A DNA stretch of 64,000 nucleotides from Candidatus Omnitrophota bacterium (GTDB lineage Bacteria > Omnitrophota > Gorgyraeia > Zapsychrales > Fredricksoniimonadaceae), in the NCBI GenBank assembly GCA_028865345.1, contig JAGWKL010000002.1:665-64664 (forward strand), given 5' to 3'. The notes under the pieces are model-generated. The model saw nothing but the letters and a program-made list of their open reading frames with translations. It did no database searches and was not told the DNA's origin. Positions 45,509 to 55,566 of this stretch are shown here, in pieces. The first letter of the stretch is position 1. Each line of letters starts with the position of its first letter. The position numbers and the translations under genes are program-made.

Positions 45509-46144
45509 TTAGAACCTGCTTAAGGGGATCAAATCCGCAAAGTAAATGCAACGGGCGATGTCCGTGAGTTTCAATAATTGGGCAAGCCGGGCCAGGCCCA
45601 CTCCCTGGGACAATAATCGCCGGGCTAACACATAACGGGGCGTTTCTTTCGGCGGACGCGACGGAGGCCAGGGCAATAAACGCAGATGCAAACAGGGATT
45701 GTCATTGATAAAACCCAATGTAATGCCGAATTCCAGGACATCTCTTATCAAAAGCAGTGTCAGATTAAGGACCCTTGGGCGTAGTGCTCCGGCCAAACAA
45801 CGCTTGTATGATTCCAAAATGCCGGGTGATATTTGGGCCAGCCGGACGACCTGAGGGAAATCTGATTTAAGAAAACCGCTGAAATGTTCGATGGCGGCGG
45901 CGAAACGTCCGACCGTTCTGGAACTCTGCTGTTTCTGTATCTCGTCGATAAAACGCCCGAAAAAATCCGCCAGGTCGATATGACGGTCGATCGTCAGGGC
46001 CTCGCCGTGGGCGATTTTCTCTTCAACCTGGAATAATAGCCTTTGGGCTTGCTCCAAATCACCGCCGGCCATTTGGGAATAAAGCAGGCCACGGGCATGG
46101 AACTCGATATAGTAAACACCGTTGACCTTACGGATTTGACCCAT
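45509..46144 (-). CDS. Integrase-derived DNA-binding protein (arm-binding-like and SAM-like core-binding domains, no catalytic domain)
   Basis: N-terminus IRKVNGVYYIEF. Core-binding-like segment AAAIEHFSGFLK...ISPGILESYKRCL...NLTLLLIRDVLEF. At 211 aa it lacks the R..HxxR..Y catalytic residues. Confidence 0.45.
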   Translation of the reverse strand: MGQIRKVNGVYYIEFHARGLLYSQMAGGDLEQAQRLLFQVEEKIAHGEALTIDRHIDLADFFGRFIDEIQKQQSSRTVGRFAAAIEHFSGFLKSDFPQVVRLAQISPGILESYKRCLAGALRPRVLNLTLLLIRDVLEFGITLGFINDNPCLHLRLLPWPPSRPPKETPRYVLARRLLSQGVGLARLAQLLKLTDIARCIYFADLIPLSRF

Positions 46145-46446
46145 TAAGAAGTGAAGAAGATGATGTATAGAAGAGCGCCTATAACGGCAAAAGACAATAA
46201 ATAAAAATCGTTGAAATAAAAAAAGTCGCGCACGCGTTCGCCGAAACTGTATTCCGGAAGAGTATTCTCGGAAACGACCTGCCCCGTCGAACGGATATTG
46301 AGGACTTCATTGCGTTTAAGGCGCAGAAATTGATCGGCGATCTTGTAGGCCTGCAAACTGCCGCTTTCGATCAAATCCATGACCTTTTTTTCCGATACGG
46401 CCAGGATCTGCGCCGTCTCACGGACAGTAATGTATTGGCTGCTCAT
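46144..46446 (-). CDS. Membrane-anchored excisionase-type HTH protein
   Basis: N-terminal HTH_17-like YITVRETAQILAVSEKKVMDLIESGSLQAYK. C-terminal TM helix LLSFAVIGALLYIIFF. Confidence 0.6.
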   Translation of the reverse strand: MSSQYITVRETAQILAVSEKKVMDLIESGSLQAYKIADQFLRLKRNEVLNIRSTGQVVSENTLPEYSFGERVRDFFYFNDFYLLSFAVIGALLYIIFFTS

Positions 46447-46961
46447 GATTTAACCCTGCTGACCAAGGCCCATTGTTCGATTTGGGAGCGCTCGAATTTC
46501 CAGCCGTCCCCTTCTTTGATCGCAGGGATCTTGCCGGTGGTGGCCAGTTCCACAATGGCCGGAATCTCAATTTCCAGATATTGTGCCAGGTCATCGATGC
46601 TCAAAATATCCTCCAGCATGTGGCAATGTCCCTGGAAAATAGCCCCTTCGACGATGTTCAATTTAGGCGTTGAAATATCCCCGTGCACAACAGCCGAGGG
46701 CATAAGAACAAGCATCTTTTTGGCGACAATATTGCCCTTGATCTTTCCGGCAACGATGACATTTTCGCCGATGATGTTGGCTTCCACCTGAGAGGTCGGC
46801 CCGATGGTCAGGGTGCCGCGGGCATCCAGCTTGCCCGTGTAGCGGCCCTGGATCTTTAAATTCACGGGGTCGCTGAAAGTCAAGGTCCCTTCCATTTGGG
46901 CATTGATCTCAATGACTTTTTCTTCAGCGGCGTCTTTATGCTCTTTGCGGTTAAAGGCCAT
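46443..46961 (-). CDS. Bactofilin fused to a C-terminal excisionase-type HTH domain
   Basis: Bactofilin beta-helix repeats (GTLTFSDPVNLKIQGRYTGKL...VIVAGKIKGNIVA...VVHGDISTPKLNIVEGAIFQG), followed by LSIDDLAQYLEIEIPAIVELATTGKIPAIKEGDGWKFERSQIEQW. Confidence 0.75.
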   Translation of the reverse strand: MAFNRKEHKDAAEEKVIEINAQMEGTLTFSDPVNLKIQGRYTGKLDARGTLTIGPTSQVEANIIGENVIVAGKIKGNIVAKKMLVLMPSAVVHGDISTPKLNIVEGAIFQGHCHMLEDILSIDDLAQYLEIEIPAIVELATTGKIPAIKEGDGWKFERSQIEQWALVSRVKS

Positions 46962-47048
46962 AGAAGGCTCCTCCTTGTAAAATTAAAAATAGATACTATT
47001 GATTCACATTAATTATATCAAAACTTATCCTGGGGCAAAAAATAAAAC

Positions 47049-48071
47049 TTAATTGTTATTATGCCAGTGGTACGCCAATCCGGCGATCATAGCCGCGTTA
47101 TCCAGGCACAACACCATGGGCGGGAAAAACACATCCACCCCCTGGACACCGGCGCGGGCCTGCACAAGGCGCCTTAAGGCGGAATTGGCCGCCACCCCGC
47201 CGCCGACCAAAAGAGTATTGACCTTGAACTTACGGCAGGCCTGCAGGGATTTTTCCGCTAAAACAGCTACTACGCTTTCCTGAAAGGCATGTGCCACCTG
47301 GGCGGCGGAATAATCCGGCTTGAGACCATTTCTCTGGACATAATAAAGCACCGCCGTCTTGGTGCCGCTGAAAGAAAAATCCCAGCCTCCTTTCATGGGC
47401 GCTGGGGGAAACTTGATCCCTGAAGAGGCCGCCTCCCTTGAATTACAGGGAACCGCCCCCTTTACGCCGGCCGCCAAACGGTCGATCGCAGGGCCGCCGG
47501 GATAACCCAAACCCAGAATACGCGCCACCTTATCAAAGGCTTCCCCGGCCGCATCATCGCGGGTTGTGCCCAGCAACTTAAACTTCCTGAAATTCTCGAT
47601 ATAAAAAAGGCTGGTATGCCCGCCGGAAACAACCAGTCCCACGGCCGGCAGACGGTTTTGAGGGCAAGCCGCCTTTTCACCGGAAAGCTGCACATAATTC
47701 GCATATAGATGGGCCTTGATGTGGTCGATCTCCACAAGAGGTTTGTTTAAAGCATGGCTTAAACCCCTGGCGAAACAAAGACCAACCAAAAGAGAACCAA
47801 TGAGCCCCGGAGCGCGGGTGACGGCAATGGCATCAATATCTTCAAACGTCATCCGGGCGCTCTTCAAACTCTCAGCCACGACCCCGTCAATAAATTCGAT
47901 CTGGCGGCGGGAGGCGATTTCCGGGATGATGCCGCCGTAAGCTTCATGCTCCTTAAGGCTGGTGGCCACGACGTTGGAATGCACCCGTACACCGTCCTGC
48001 ACGACAGCCGCCGCCGTCTCATCACAGGAAGTTTCAATACCTAAAATAGTCAACGGGATAGACGTCTTCAT
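47049..48071 (-). CDS. tsaD: tRNA N6-adenosine threonylcarbamoyltransferase
   Basis: ILGIETSCDETAAAVV and the GGVAAN motif. 340 aa. Confidence 0.92.
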   Translation of the reverse strand: MKTSIPLTILGIETSCDETAAAVVQDGVRVHSNVVATSLKEHEAYGGIIPEIASRRQIEFIDGVVAESLKSARMTFEDIDAIAVTRAPGLIGSLLVGLCFARGLSHALNKPLVEIDHIKAHLYANYVQLSGEKAACPQNRLPAVGLVVSGGHTSLFYIENFRKFKLLGTTRDDAAGEAFDKVARILGLGYPGGPAIDRLAAGVKGAVPCNSREAASSGIKFPPAPMKGGWDFSFSGTKTAVLYYVQRNGLKPDYSAAQVAHAFQESVVAVLAEKSLQACRKFKVNTLLVGGGVAANSALRRLVQARAGVQGVDVFFPPMVLCLDNAAMIAGLAYHWHNNN

Positions 48072-48928
48072 CGGCCTTTAAGCAGATCTTTGATGCTGAC
48101 GATCGCAAACCCCTGCTTTTCAAGCCAGGGGATCTCATCTTTAAGGACCTGCATGGTCAAGCGCCGGTCATGGCCGATGGCCACGGCATACCCCCTGCGG
48201 CGCGCTATGTGGGCAAGGACGACAAGCTGCTTGTCGATGGCAGGCCTGGTATTGACATTGTCCAGAAACACGTCCCTTCTGGCGAACCTCAAACCCATTT
48301 CATCGGCCATGCGCCCGGCGACCGAATGGCGCGATGTCATGCTGTCGACAAAGAACAATTCTCTTTTCCTTAATATCCTCAGAATGATCCTCATGAGGGG
48401 CCCGTCGGCGGTGGCTTTGGATCCCATATGATTATTGACGCCTTCGACCGAAGGCAGCTGGGCCAGGTCATTGTTGACAATCGCGGTAACCAGGCCCGGC
48501 GACATGGTTGTCTTGATGATATAATTTTTCGGATAATAAAAATCATAATTTTGCATGGCTTCCATGGGCAAATGGAGCATGGTCAGTTTGCCGGCACGGC
48601 GGGCACAAGCGGCCGCATCCTGCGTATGCCGCAAACCAGGCAGAATGGACACGGCCAGCGGTTCGGGTATTTCAGCCAAATATTTGCAATCGATCGTTGA
48701 GTATCCCCAATCATCGAGGATAAAGGCGATCTTTGGTCTTAAAGACGCTTTTACAGCGGAGACGGGAATCTTAGGCGCCTTATTAAGATGCTGAGCACTC
48801 AGGCGATGCCCCTCATGCACCTTTGAAAAAATAAAAAGAAGTATAACAACGGCCACGAACAAGCCCGTCACAATAGCGGCAACCCTCGAATCATTGTCGG
48901 GCGGAAGGGTCAGTTTTCTTTTAATCAT
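48068..48928 (-). CDS. Divergent polysaccharide deacetylase (YibQ-like)
   Basis: N-terminal TM helix. IAFILDDWGY, HLPME and NNHMGS motifs. Confidence 0.75.
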   Translation of the reverse strand: MIKRKLTLPPDNDSRVAAIVTGLFVAVVILLFIFSKVHEGHRLSAQHLNKAPKIPVSAVKASLRPKIAFILDDWGYSTIDCKYLAEIPEPLAVSILPGLRHTQDAAACARRAGKLTMLHLPMEAMQNYDFYYPKNYIIKTTMSPGLVTAIVNNDLAQLPSVEGVNNHMGSKATADGPLMRIILRILRKRELFFVDSMTSRHSVAGRMADEMGLRFARRDVFLDNVNTRPAIDKQLVVLAHIARRRGYAVAIGHDRRLTMQVLKDEIPWLEKQGFAIVSIKDLLKGR

Positions 48929-48943
48929 ATTGAATGGGAGAGA

Positions 48944-50269
48944 TTATTTTTGGAACTTACGGTAAATTTTGATGCCTTTAATGACATTGACCGCACTTTG
49001 CAACTGGACGTCTTCCAGGTCTTTTTTCCTTTGCTCGGCCTGGACCTTCTCTTCGGGCGTCAAAGTTTTATTTTCTTTCTCTCTATGTTCAAGATCGGCA
49101 AACATGGCATCGACATCCTCTGGGGTAATTTCTTTGGCGGCCGGGTTGTGCAGACCCTCTTCTTGGGGCAGCTTCTCGGCAATGACCACATCAGGGGTGA
49201 TCCCGATGCCGTCGATGCACACGCCGGAAGGGGTATAATATTTGGCCGTCGTCAAACGCAACGCCGAGCCGTCGGGCATGGGGATGACCGACTGCACCGA
49301 GCCCTTGCCGAAAGATTTTTCACCCACCAATACCGCCCTATTATTGTCCCGAAGGGCGCCGGCGACAATTTCACTGCCTGAAGCGGAGCCTTCGTTGATC
49401 AAAACCGCCATCGGCCAATCCAGAAAATCCCCGTGGGCATTTTCAGACTTGACGCTCATATCATCGGACGGATGCCGGCCTTTGGTGGTAACAATGGTCT
49501 CTCCCGCCGGCAGGAAATCCTGGGCGACCTTGACGGCCACGTTCAATAACCCGCCGGGATTGTTGCGTAAATCCAGGACCAAGCTGTCGGCCCCCTGGGC
49601 TTTTAATTTCTCCAGGGCCTGGTGCAGCTCATTATAAGAATTTTCCCGGAACTCCGTCAGGCGCACATAACCGATATGGTCCTCCAGCAGATGAGGGTCC
49701 TTGACATCGTCCACATGAATGATCCGCCGCGTAATTGTAAAATCCTTGATCTGATTCCCTTTTTCACGGAAGATCGTAAGGACCACCTTGGTGCCCGGAC
49801 GCCCCCGCAACTTTTTGACCGCGTCATCCAGTGTCATGTCCTGGGTGACCTTGTTGCCGATCTTAAGGATCCTGTCGCCGGCTTTGATTCCCGCTTTCCA
49901 GGCCGGCGTGTCTTCCACAGGGGCAATGACGGTCAATAAGCCGTCCTTGAGGGAGATCTCCACCCCCAAACCGCCGAACTTGCCCTCCGTTTCGGTTTTC
50001 AAATCTTTATACTCGTCAGGATCCATGAACTGGCTGTGCGGATCGAGCGATGAAAGCATGCCGCTAAGCGCCCCGTAGATCAATTCCTTCGGGGTCTTTG
50101 CGTCCACGTATTGGGATTCAACCACCGTGAACACATAACTGAAAAGCTCGACCTCGTCATACAGGCTTTTCCTGCTTTGGGCCTCGACGGGCGTCACTCC
50201 GGCGCCAAAGAAACCCAGCGAAGCAATAAAAACAACAATCCATAGAAACTTTCTTTTAGACACCGGCAA
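48944..50269 (-). CDS. ctp: Carboxy-terminal processing protease (S41)
   Basis: PDZ segment GIKAGDRILKIG. LINEGSASGSEIVAGAL and GEKSFGKGSVQ catalytic motifs. Confidence 0.9.
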   Translation of the reverse strand: MPVSKRKFLWIVVFIASLGFFGAGVTPVEAQSRKSLYDEVELFSYVFTVVESQYVDAKTPKELIYGALSGMLSSLDPHSQFMDPDEYKDLKTETEGKFGGLGVEISLKDGLLTVIAPVEDTPAWKAGIKAGDRILKIGNKVTQDMTLDDAVKKLRGRPGTKVVLTIFREKGNQIKDFTITRRIIHVDDVKDPHLLEDHIGYVRLTEFRENSYNELHQALEKLKAQGADSLVLDLRNNPGGLLNVAVKVAQDFLPAGETIVTTKGRHPSDDMSVKSENAHGDFLDWPMAVLINEGSASGSEIVAGALRDNNRAVLVGEKSFGKGSVQSVIPMPDGSALRLTTAKYYTPSGVCIDGIGITPDVVIAEKLPQEEGLHNPAAKEITPEDVDAMFADLEHREKENKTLTPEEKVQAEQRKKDLEDVQLQSAVNVIKGIKIYRKFQK

Positions 50270-51692
50270 TTCTCCGTGTTATCAGTTCATTCAATTTCTT
50301 GGGATTGGCGCGGCCGCCTGATTTTTTCATGGCCTGCCCCACCAGGAATCCGGCGGCATTGGACTTTCCGGACTTGATTTGTTCCACAACGGCGGGATTT
50401 TGCGCAATCACTTCATCGATAATGACAAGAAGGGCTGAATCATCCGAAACCTGGGACAGGCCCTTTTCCTTAATGACCTCATCTGCATTTTTACCTTCAT
50501 TCAACATAAAAGTCAATACTTCTTTACCGACCAGATTGCTGACAATGCCCTCCTCAACTTTCTTGATGAGTCCGATCAGGGAGGCGGGAGATATTTTCAA
50601 CTCATATATGGACATTTTCCGGTCATTAAGTTCCATCAACACAGGACCGGCCATCCAATTGGCGACCTTTTTGGGGGACGGGTACTCCTTGACCGCAGCC
50701 TCGAAAAAATCAGCCGTCCCCCTGTCGGCAACCAGAATATTGGCATCATACTCGGAAAGGCTGTATTGGCTTAAAAAGCGGATATGTTTTGCCTGCGGCA
50801 GTTCAGGCAATTCGGCGCGCACGCTGTCGATCAGTTTATGGTCAACCGTAAACGGCACCAGATCAGGGTCCGGGAAATAACGGTAATCGTGGGCCTCTTC
50901 TTTGGAACGCATGGTCTGGGTCTGCGCTTTGGCGTCGTCCCATAGCAAGGTCTCCTGCACAATCTTGCCCCCTGCAGTGATCACCTGTTCGTGGCGGCGG
51001 ATCTCATATTCCAGCGCCGCCTTCACCGCGCGGAAAGAGTTCATGTTTTTCAATTCAGTCTTGGTGCCCAGCAAGGTCTGCCCAACAGGGCGTATGGATA
51101 CGTTGGCATCGCAACGCAAGCTGCCTTTTTCCATGTCGCAATCCGAGACATCCAAATACTGGAGGGTCAATTTCAGGATGTTGAGATAATCATAGGCCTC
51201 CTGGGGCGAATGCAGGTCCGGTTCGGTCACGATCTCGATAAGCGGCGTGCCGGTGCGGTTGAAGTCGACAAGGGAGCAGGACCCGGAATTATCGTGGACC
51301 AATTTCCCGGCGTCCTCCTCGAGATGGGCCCGTTTAATACGTACGCGTTTTTCCTGATCGCCGATTTTAATATTTAAAAACCCATCTTTAGCAACGGGAA
51401 AATCATACTGGGAAATTTGGTAGCCTTTGGGCAGGTCGGGATAATAATAATTCTTACGGTCGAATTTGATGAAAGGATTAATTTGGGCATTCAGCCCCAA
51501 GCCCACCTTGATGGCAGACAAAAGCGCCTGCTGGTTCAATACCGGCAAAGATCCCGGAAGCCCGAGGCACACCGGACAGACATTGGTATTGGACGCACAG
51601 CCGTACTGGTTGGCGCAAGAACAGAATATCTTGGTCCTTGTGTTCAACTGCAAATGGACTTCCAGCCCTATGACGGGTTCAAATGAACTCAT
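50256..51692 (-). CDS. gatB: Asp/Glu-tRNA amidotransferase subunit B
   Basis: [13 protein letters not shown] and [18 protein letters not shown] 51692 overlaps the gatA stop (ATGA). Confidence 0.92.
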   Translation of the reverse strand: MSSFEPVIGLEVHLQLNTRTKIFCSCANQYGCASNTNVCPVCLGLPGSLPVLNQQALLSAIKVGLGLNAQINPFIKFDRKNYYYPDLPKGYQISQYDFPVAKDGFLNIKIGDQEKRVRIKRAHLEEDAGKLVHDNSGSCSLVDFNRTGTPLIEIVTEPDLHSPQEAYDYLNILKLTLQYLDVSDCDMEKGSLRCDANVSIRPVGQTLLGTKTELKNMNSFRAVKAALEYEIRRHEQVITAGGKIVQETLLWDDAKAQTQTMRSKEEAHDYRYFPDPDLVPFTVDHKLIDSVRAELPELPQAKHIRFLSQYSLSEYDANILVADRGTADFFEAAVKEYPSPKKVANWMAGPVLMELNDRKMSIYELKISPASLIGLIKKVEEGIVSNLVGKEVLTFMLNEGKNADEVIKEKGLSQVSDDSALLVIIDEVIAQNPAVVEQIKSGKSNAAGFLVGQAMKKSGGRANPKKLNELITRRIAGV

Positions 51693-53116
51693 AAATTCGG
51701 TTTTCTGGTGTGCCATTCGGTGTTTTGTTCATAGGTGTAGGAAACCCTTAGAAGCATCTCTTCATCAAAGGCTTTGCCCATCAATTGCATGCCGATGGGA
51801 AGACCGCCTTTGGAAAACCCGCAAGGGACTGAGATGGCCGGAATGCCGGCCAGATTGGCCGGGATCGTGTAGATGTCAGAGAGATACATACTCAAAGGAT
51901 CGCTCATTTTCTCGCCGACTTTAAAAGCGACCGTCGGAGAAGTCGGGGTCAGGACCACATCACATACCTTGAAGGCCTCATCCAGGTCATTTTTGATCAA
52001 GGTCCTTACTTTTTGGCCCCGCAAATAATAGGCATCATAATAGCCGGACGACAACGCGTAGGTGCCAAGCATGATGCGCCGCTTGGCTTCAGCGCCAAAA
52101 CCTTTGGAACGGGTCTCTTCGTACATATCAACCAGGGCGTTCTTGCGGGCACGGGCAGGCTGGACGCGCAAACCATAACGTACTCCGTCAAAACGTGCCA
52201 AATTGGAACTGGCCTCGGCCGTGGCCACGATATAATAGGTGGCAACGGCATAAGGCGTATGCGGCAAATGCACTTGCGTGACAACCGCGCCCAATTTTTT
52301 AAGAAGATCTATGGCCGCTTCCAGTGAAACCCGGACTTGAGCGTCGAGACCTTCGGCGAACGCTTCTTTGGGTACTCCTATCTTGAGGCCGCGCACATCA
52401 TTGACCAGGGCCTTGGTGTAATCAGGCACAGGTTCATTAACACAGGTGGAATCCCGCTCATCATACCCTGCGATAATATTCAAAAGCAAAGCGCAGTCCC
52501 GCACGTCCTTGGTCAAAGGCCCGATCTGATCCAGGCTCGAGGCAAAGGCGATCAAGCCGTAGCGTGACACGCGGCCATAGGTTGGTTTCAACCCCACGAT
52601 GCCGCAGAAAGATGCCGGCTGACGGATAGATCCGCCGGTATCCGAACCCAGGGCCCAGACCGCCTCATCCGCAGCCACGGCAGCCGCGGACCCGCCGCTA
52701 GAGCCGCCGGGCACGCATTGCAGATCCCACGGATTAAAGGTGGGGCCATAGCAGGACGTTTCACACGAGGAGCCGAAGGCGAACTCATCCTGGTTGGCAA
52801 ACCCCAAAACAGCCCCTCCGCTTTTCTTTACTTTTTCAACAACGCCGGCGTCATAGGGCGAAATGAATCCTTTTAAAATTCGTGAAGCACATGTGATCTC
52901 TTCCTGCTTGGTGCATAAATTGTCTTTGAGCGCGATGGGTATTTGAAACCCACCCTTGAAATCCGGCTGGTTTTTTGCAGGACGCACGTAGGCTTTCACC
53001 TTGGGGTCAACAGCTTTGATGCGGCGCAAGACATCTTCATAAGCTTCCTTAGGAGAAGCTTTGCCGGATTTAAATACATCCAATAAATCATGGGCAGTCA
53101 ATTGGGGAAGATTCAT
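51689..53116 (-). CDS. gatA: Asp/Glu-tRNA amidotransferase subunit A
   Basis: Amidase signature [12 protein letters not shown] and [14 protein letters not shown]. Confidence 0.92.
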   Translation of the reverse strand: MNLPQLTAHDLLDVFKSGKASPKEAYEDVLRRIKAVDPKVKAYVRPAKNQPDFKGGFQIPIALKDNLCTKQEEITCASRILKGFISPYDAGVVEKVKKSGGAVLGFANQDEFAFGSSCETSCYGPTFNPWDLQCVPGGSSGGSAAAVAADEAVWALGSDTGGSIRQPASFCGIVGLKPTYGRVSRYGLIAFASSLDQIGPLTKDVRDCALLLNIIAGYDERDSTCVNEPVPDYTKALVNDVRGLKIGVPKEAFAEGLDAQVRVSLEAAIDLLKKLGAVVTQVHLPHTPYAVATYYIVATAEASSNLARFDGVRYGLRVQPARARKNALVDMYEETRSKGFGAEAKRRIMLGTYALSSGYYDAYYLRGQKVRTLIKNDLDEAFKVCDVVLTPTSPTVAFKVGEKMSDPLSMYLSDIYTIPANLAGIPAISVPCGFSKGGLPIGMQLMGKAFDEEMLLRVSYTYEQNTEWHTRKPNL

Positions 53117-53400
53117 TCAATAACTAATGGCACTTTAAAGCAGCCGTCTTTGGCCTCAACGGCGATGGACAGGGCTTGCTGTTGAGTTAAAGATTTGAGA
53201 GTTTCGTCCGAACGAAGAACATTCCCCATAGGGACGGCATGGCTGGTCGGCTTGACATTGTCCAGGTCAAGCTTCTGCAATTGTTCAACATAATGGACGA
53301 TCTTGGCCAAGGTCTGGGTAAAGCCTTCCAATTCCCCATCGGACAGATCGATCCGCGCTAAAGCAGCGACATATTTGACGTCCTGTTTGGAAATAGACAT
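53113..53400 (-). CDS. gatC: Asp/Glu-tRNA amidotransferase subunit C
   Basis: [19 protein letters not shown] start, about 95 aa, 4-nt overlap with gatA. Confidence 0.85.
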   Translation of the reverse strand: MSISKQDVKYVAALARIDLSDGELEGFTQTLAKIVHYVEQLQKLDLDNVKPTSHAVPMGNVLRSDETLKSLTQQQALSIAVEAKDGCFKVPLVIE

Positions 53401-53450
53401 AGGCAAAATACTACCATTAAGGCCGGGTAAAAACAAGGGTTAGTTAGAAA

Positions 53451-53834
53451 TCAGGAGGCCAATTTTTCCCTTAAATCATCAGGGATGGCGGTGGGCTTGA
53501 ACTCTTTGTTCAGGCAAACCAAAGAGACTTCGGCCTCGACGATCAAGCGGCCGTCTTTTTTATCGTGGATGGTCTGGTCGAAAATCAGCTGGGAGGCGCC
53601 CAACTTCTTTAATTTGGCGTCACACATGACGGTATCGCCGTAACGTGCCGGTGAACGGTAGCTGACATTGCATTGCCTGACGACATAAACAAAACCGCGC
53701 TCGCGGAAAAGTTCGACGCTCAAATCCCTCTGTTCCAGAAATTCCGTGCGCGCCTCTTCAAGGTAGCACAAATACTGCCCGTAATAGACGATGCCGCCGG
53801 CATCGGTGTCGTGATAGAAAATGCGTTTTTCCAT
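53451..53834 (-). CDS. YbgC-like acyl-CoA thioesterase (hotdog fold)
   Basis: IFYHDTDAGGIVYYGQYLCYLEEAR, 127 aa. Confidence 0.8.
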   Translation of the reverse strand: MEKRIFYHDTDAGGIVYYGQYLCYLEEARTEFLEQRDLSVELFRERGFVYVVRQCNVSYRSPARYGDTVMCDAKLKKLGASQLIFDQTIHDKKDGRLIVEAEVSLVCLNKEFKPTAIPDDLREKLAS

Positions 53835-53845
53835 AAGACGAGAAA

Positions 53846-54628
53846 TTATAACATAAGCCGCCGGGAAAGCCCGATGTAATTTGACAAAGTTAACCCTTCC
53901 GGCCGGGCGTCCGCCTTAATGCCCAAGTCCGCCAACGCCCGTTCCAATTTTTCTTTACCCAGCATGCTTTTAAGGGCATTGACGATGGTCTTGCGCCGTT
54001 GCTGAAAAGCTGTTTGGATCACTTTGAATAAAAATTGCTCAATATCACCCGTTTCTTCATCAGGGCCGCGCATGATCAATCGCACAAAGCCAGAATCGAC
54101 CTTGGGGACGGGCCGAAAGCAGGTGTTCTTGATCTTAAAAAGCATTTTGGGCCCGGTGTAATATTGGACAAAACAGCTTAAAGACCCGTAATCCTTGCCA
54201 CCGGCTGCCGCAACCAGGCGCCTGCCGAACTCAAGCTGCACGGTCAGGAAGGCTTCTGAAATCTTCTTCCTGTTCTCAATTAATTTCTCGATGATCGGCG
54301 TGGAAATATAATAAGGGATATTACCGATGACCTTAATCCCGTCGGGAAGATGCCCCATGTCCATTTTAAGAAAATCGGCATGGACGATCTCGACGGGCGC
54401 GGGGAAACCGGAACGCAAAGCCCCGATCAAATCACGGTCGGCCTCCACACAAATGAGCTTTTTGACTTGCGGACCTATTAAACGCGTCAAGGCCCCCTGC
54501 CCGGGACCTATTTCCACCACCACATCGTCATGTTTAAAATCACAAGCTTGGATGATTTTCTGCTGAATCCGTCCGTCGACAAGAAAATTCTGCCCTAAAT
54601 ATTTTTTGGGTCGGTGAGGGGGCTTCAT
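53846..54628 (-). CDS. rsmA: 16S rRNA (adenine1518/1519-N6)-dimethyltransferase
   Basis: LGQNFLVD, VVEIGPGQGALT, and GNIPYYISTPI. Confidence 0.92.
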   Translation of the reverse strand: MKPPHRPKKYLGQNFLVDGRIQQKIIQACDFKHDDVVVEIGPGQGALTRLIGPQVKKLICVEADRDLIGALRSGFPAPVEIVHADFLKMDMGHLPDGIKVIGNIPYYISTPIIEKLIENRKKISEAFLTVQLEFGRRLVAAAGGKDYGSLSCFVQYYTGPKMLFKIKNTCFRPVPKVDSGFVRLIMRGPDEETGDIEQFLFKVIQTAFQQRRKTIVNALKSMLGKEKLERALADLGIKADARPEGLTLSNYIGLSRRLML

Positions 54629-55566
54629 GCTAATCGGCAGGCAAGCTTGAGGGCGGCCCTCATGGATGAAGGGTCGGCTTTATTTTGACCGGCGATATCA
54701 AAGGCCGTGCCATGCGCCGGAGAAGTCCGTACAAAAGGCAGGCCTGCGGTAAAATTCACCAATTCCTTCATATACAGCCCCTTGAAAGGCGCCAGGCCCT
54801 GGTCATGGTACATCGCAATCACCCCATCGTAGCCACCGTCGGAGCAATTGGGCCTTTTGATCCCGTCACAATGGCGGGGAAAAGCAAAAAAAGTATCGGC
54901 AGGCACAGGCCCCTGGACCTTGATGCCACAAGCGCGCGCCTGACGAACAGCCGGTAAAATATGCTTAACATCTTCCGAACCCAAAAGCCCGCCTTCACCG
55001 GCGTGAGGGTTAAGGCCCAGTACAGCGATCTTGGGTTTCCTGACCCTAAACCTTTCTTTTAACGTCCTGTCCATCAACGCAATGGAATCGAACACCTTCT
55101 TTTGCGTAATCAATCGGGGAACCTCTTTCAAAGGCACGTGGCGGGTGACGATCGACAGGCAGGCGCCGCCTGCCGTGAACATCATGTCAAAATCCCTGAT
55201 GCCGAAAGCGCCGGCCAAATATTCCGTATGGCCCACGAAATTGGGGACGTAACGGCTGACCTCTTCTTTGGATAAAGGCGCTGTGCTCATGGCATGAGCT
55301 TGCTTGGTCCTAATGAGCTCAATGGCCTTGTCCAGAAATTTAACCGCCCCTTCCCCGGCGGCCTTGTAAGGCACATCGATGACTTTCACCGATGACGGCA
55401 GGCGGCCCAACTTTTTGCCATCGCCGATCACAATAAAAGAGCCGCAGGCAAGCAACGCCTTGGATTGAAGGGCTTTACAGACAACCTCGGGGCCTATGCC
55501 GCGCGGATCGCCCATGGAGACCGCGATACAAGGACGCTTTGCAATTTTCCTATTTGATTTCGACAT
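54625..55566 (-). CDS. pdxA: 4-hydroxythreonine-4-phosphate dehydrogenase
   Basis: MGDPRGIGPEV, GHTEYLA, and the LNPHAGEGG motif. ATG 55566 is chosen, because the longer track ORF overlaps surA. Confidence 0.88.
   Translation of the reverse strand: MSKSNRKIAKRPCIAVSMGDPRGIGPEVVCKALQSKALLACGSFIVIGDGKKLGRLPSSVKVIDVPYKAAGEGAVKFLDKAIELIRTKQAHAMSTAPLSKEEVSRYVPNFVGHTEYLAGAFGIRDFDMMFTAGGACLSIVTRHVPLKEVPRLITQKKVFDSIALMDRTLKERFRVRKPKIAVLGLNPHAGEGGLLGSEDVKHILPAVRQARACGIKVQGPVPADTFFAFPRHCDGIKRPNCSDGGYDGVIAMYHDQGLAPFKGLYMKELVNFTAGLPFVRTSPAHGTAFDIAGQNKADPSSMRAALKLACRLA

Noticed and set aside
43997-46144. tRNA-Ser plus an integrase-like gene read as an intact integrative element
   Set aside because: The integrase-like protein lacks the catalytic domain. 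It lies on the 5' side of the tRNA rather than the 3' side. I could not find a direct repeat of the tRNA 3' end. At most this is a decayed islet, and I report it as such.
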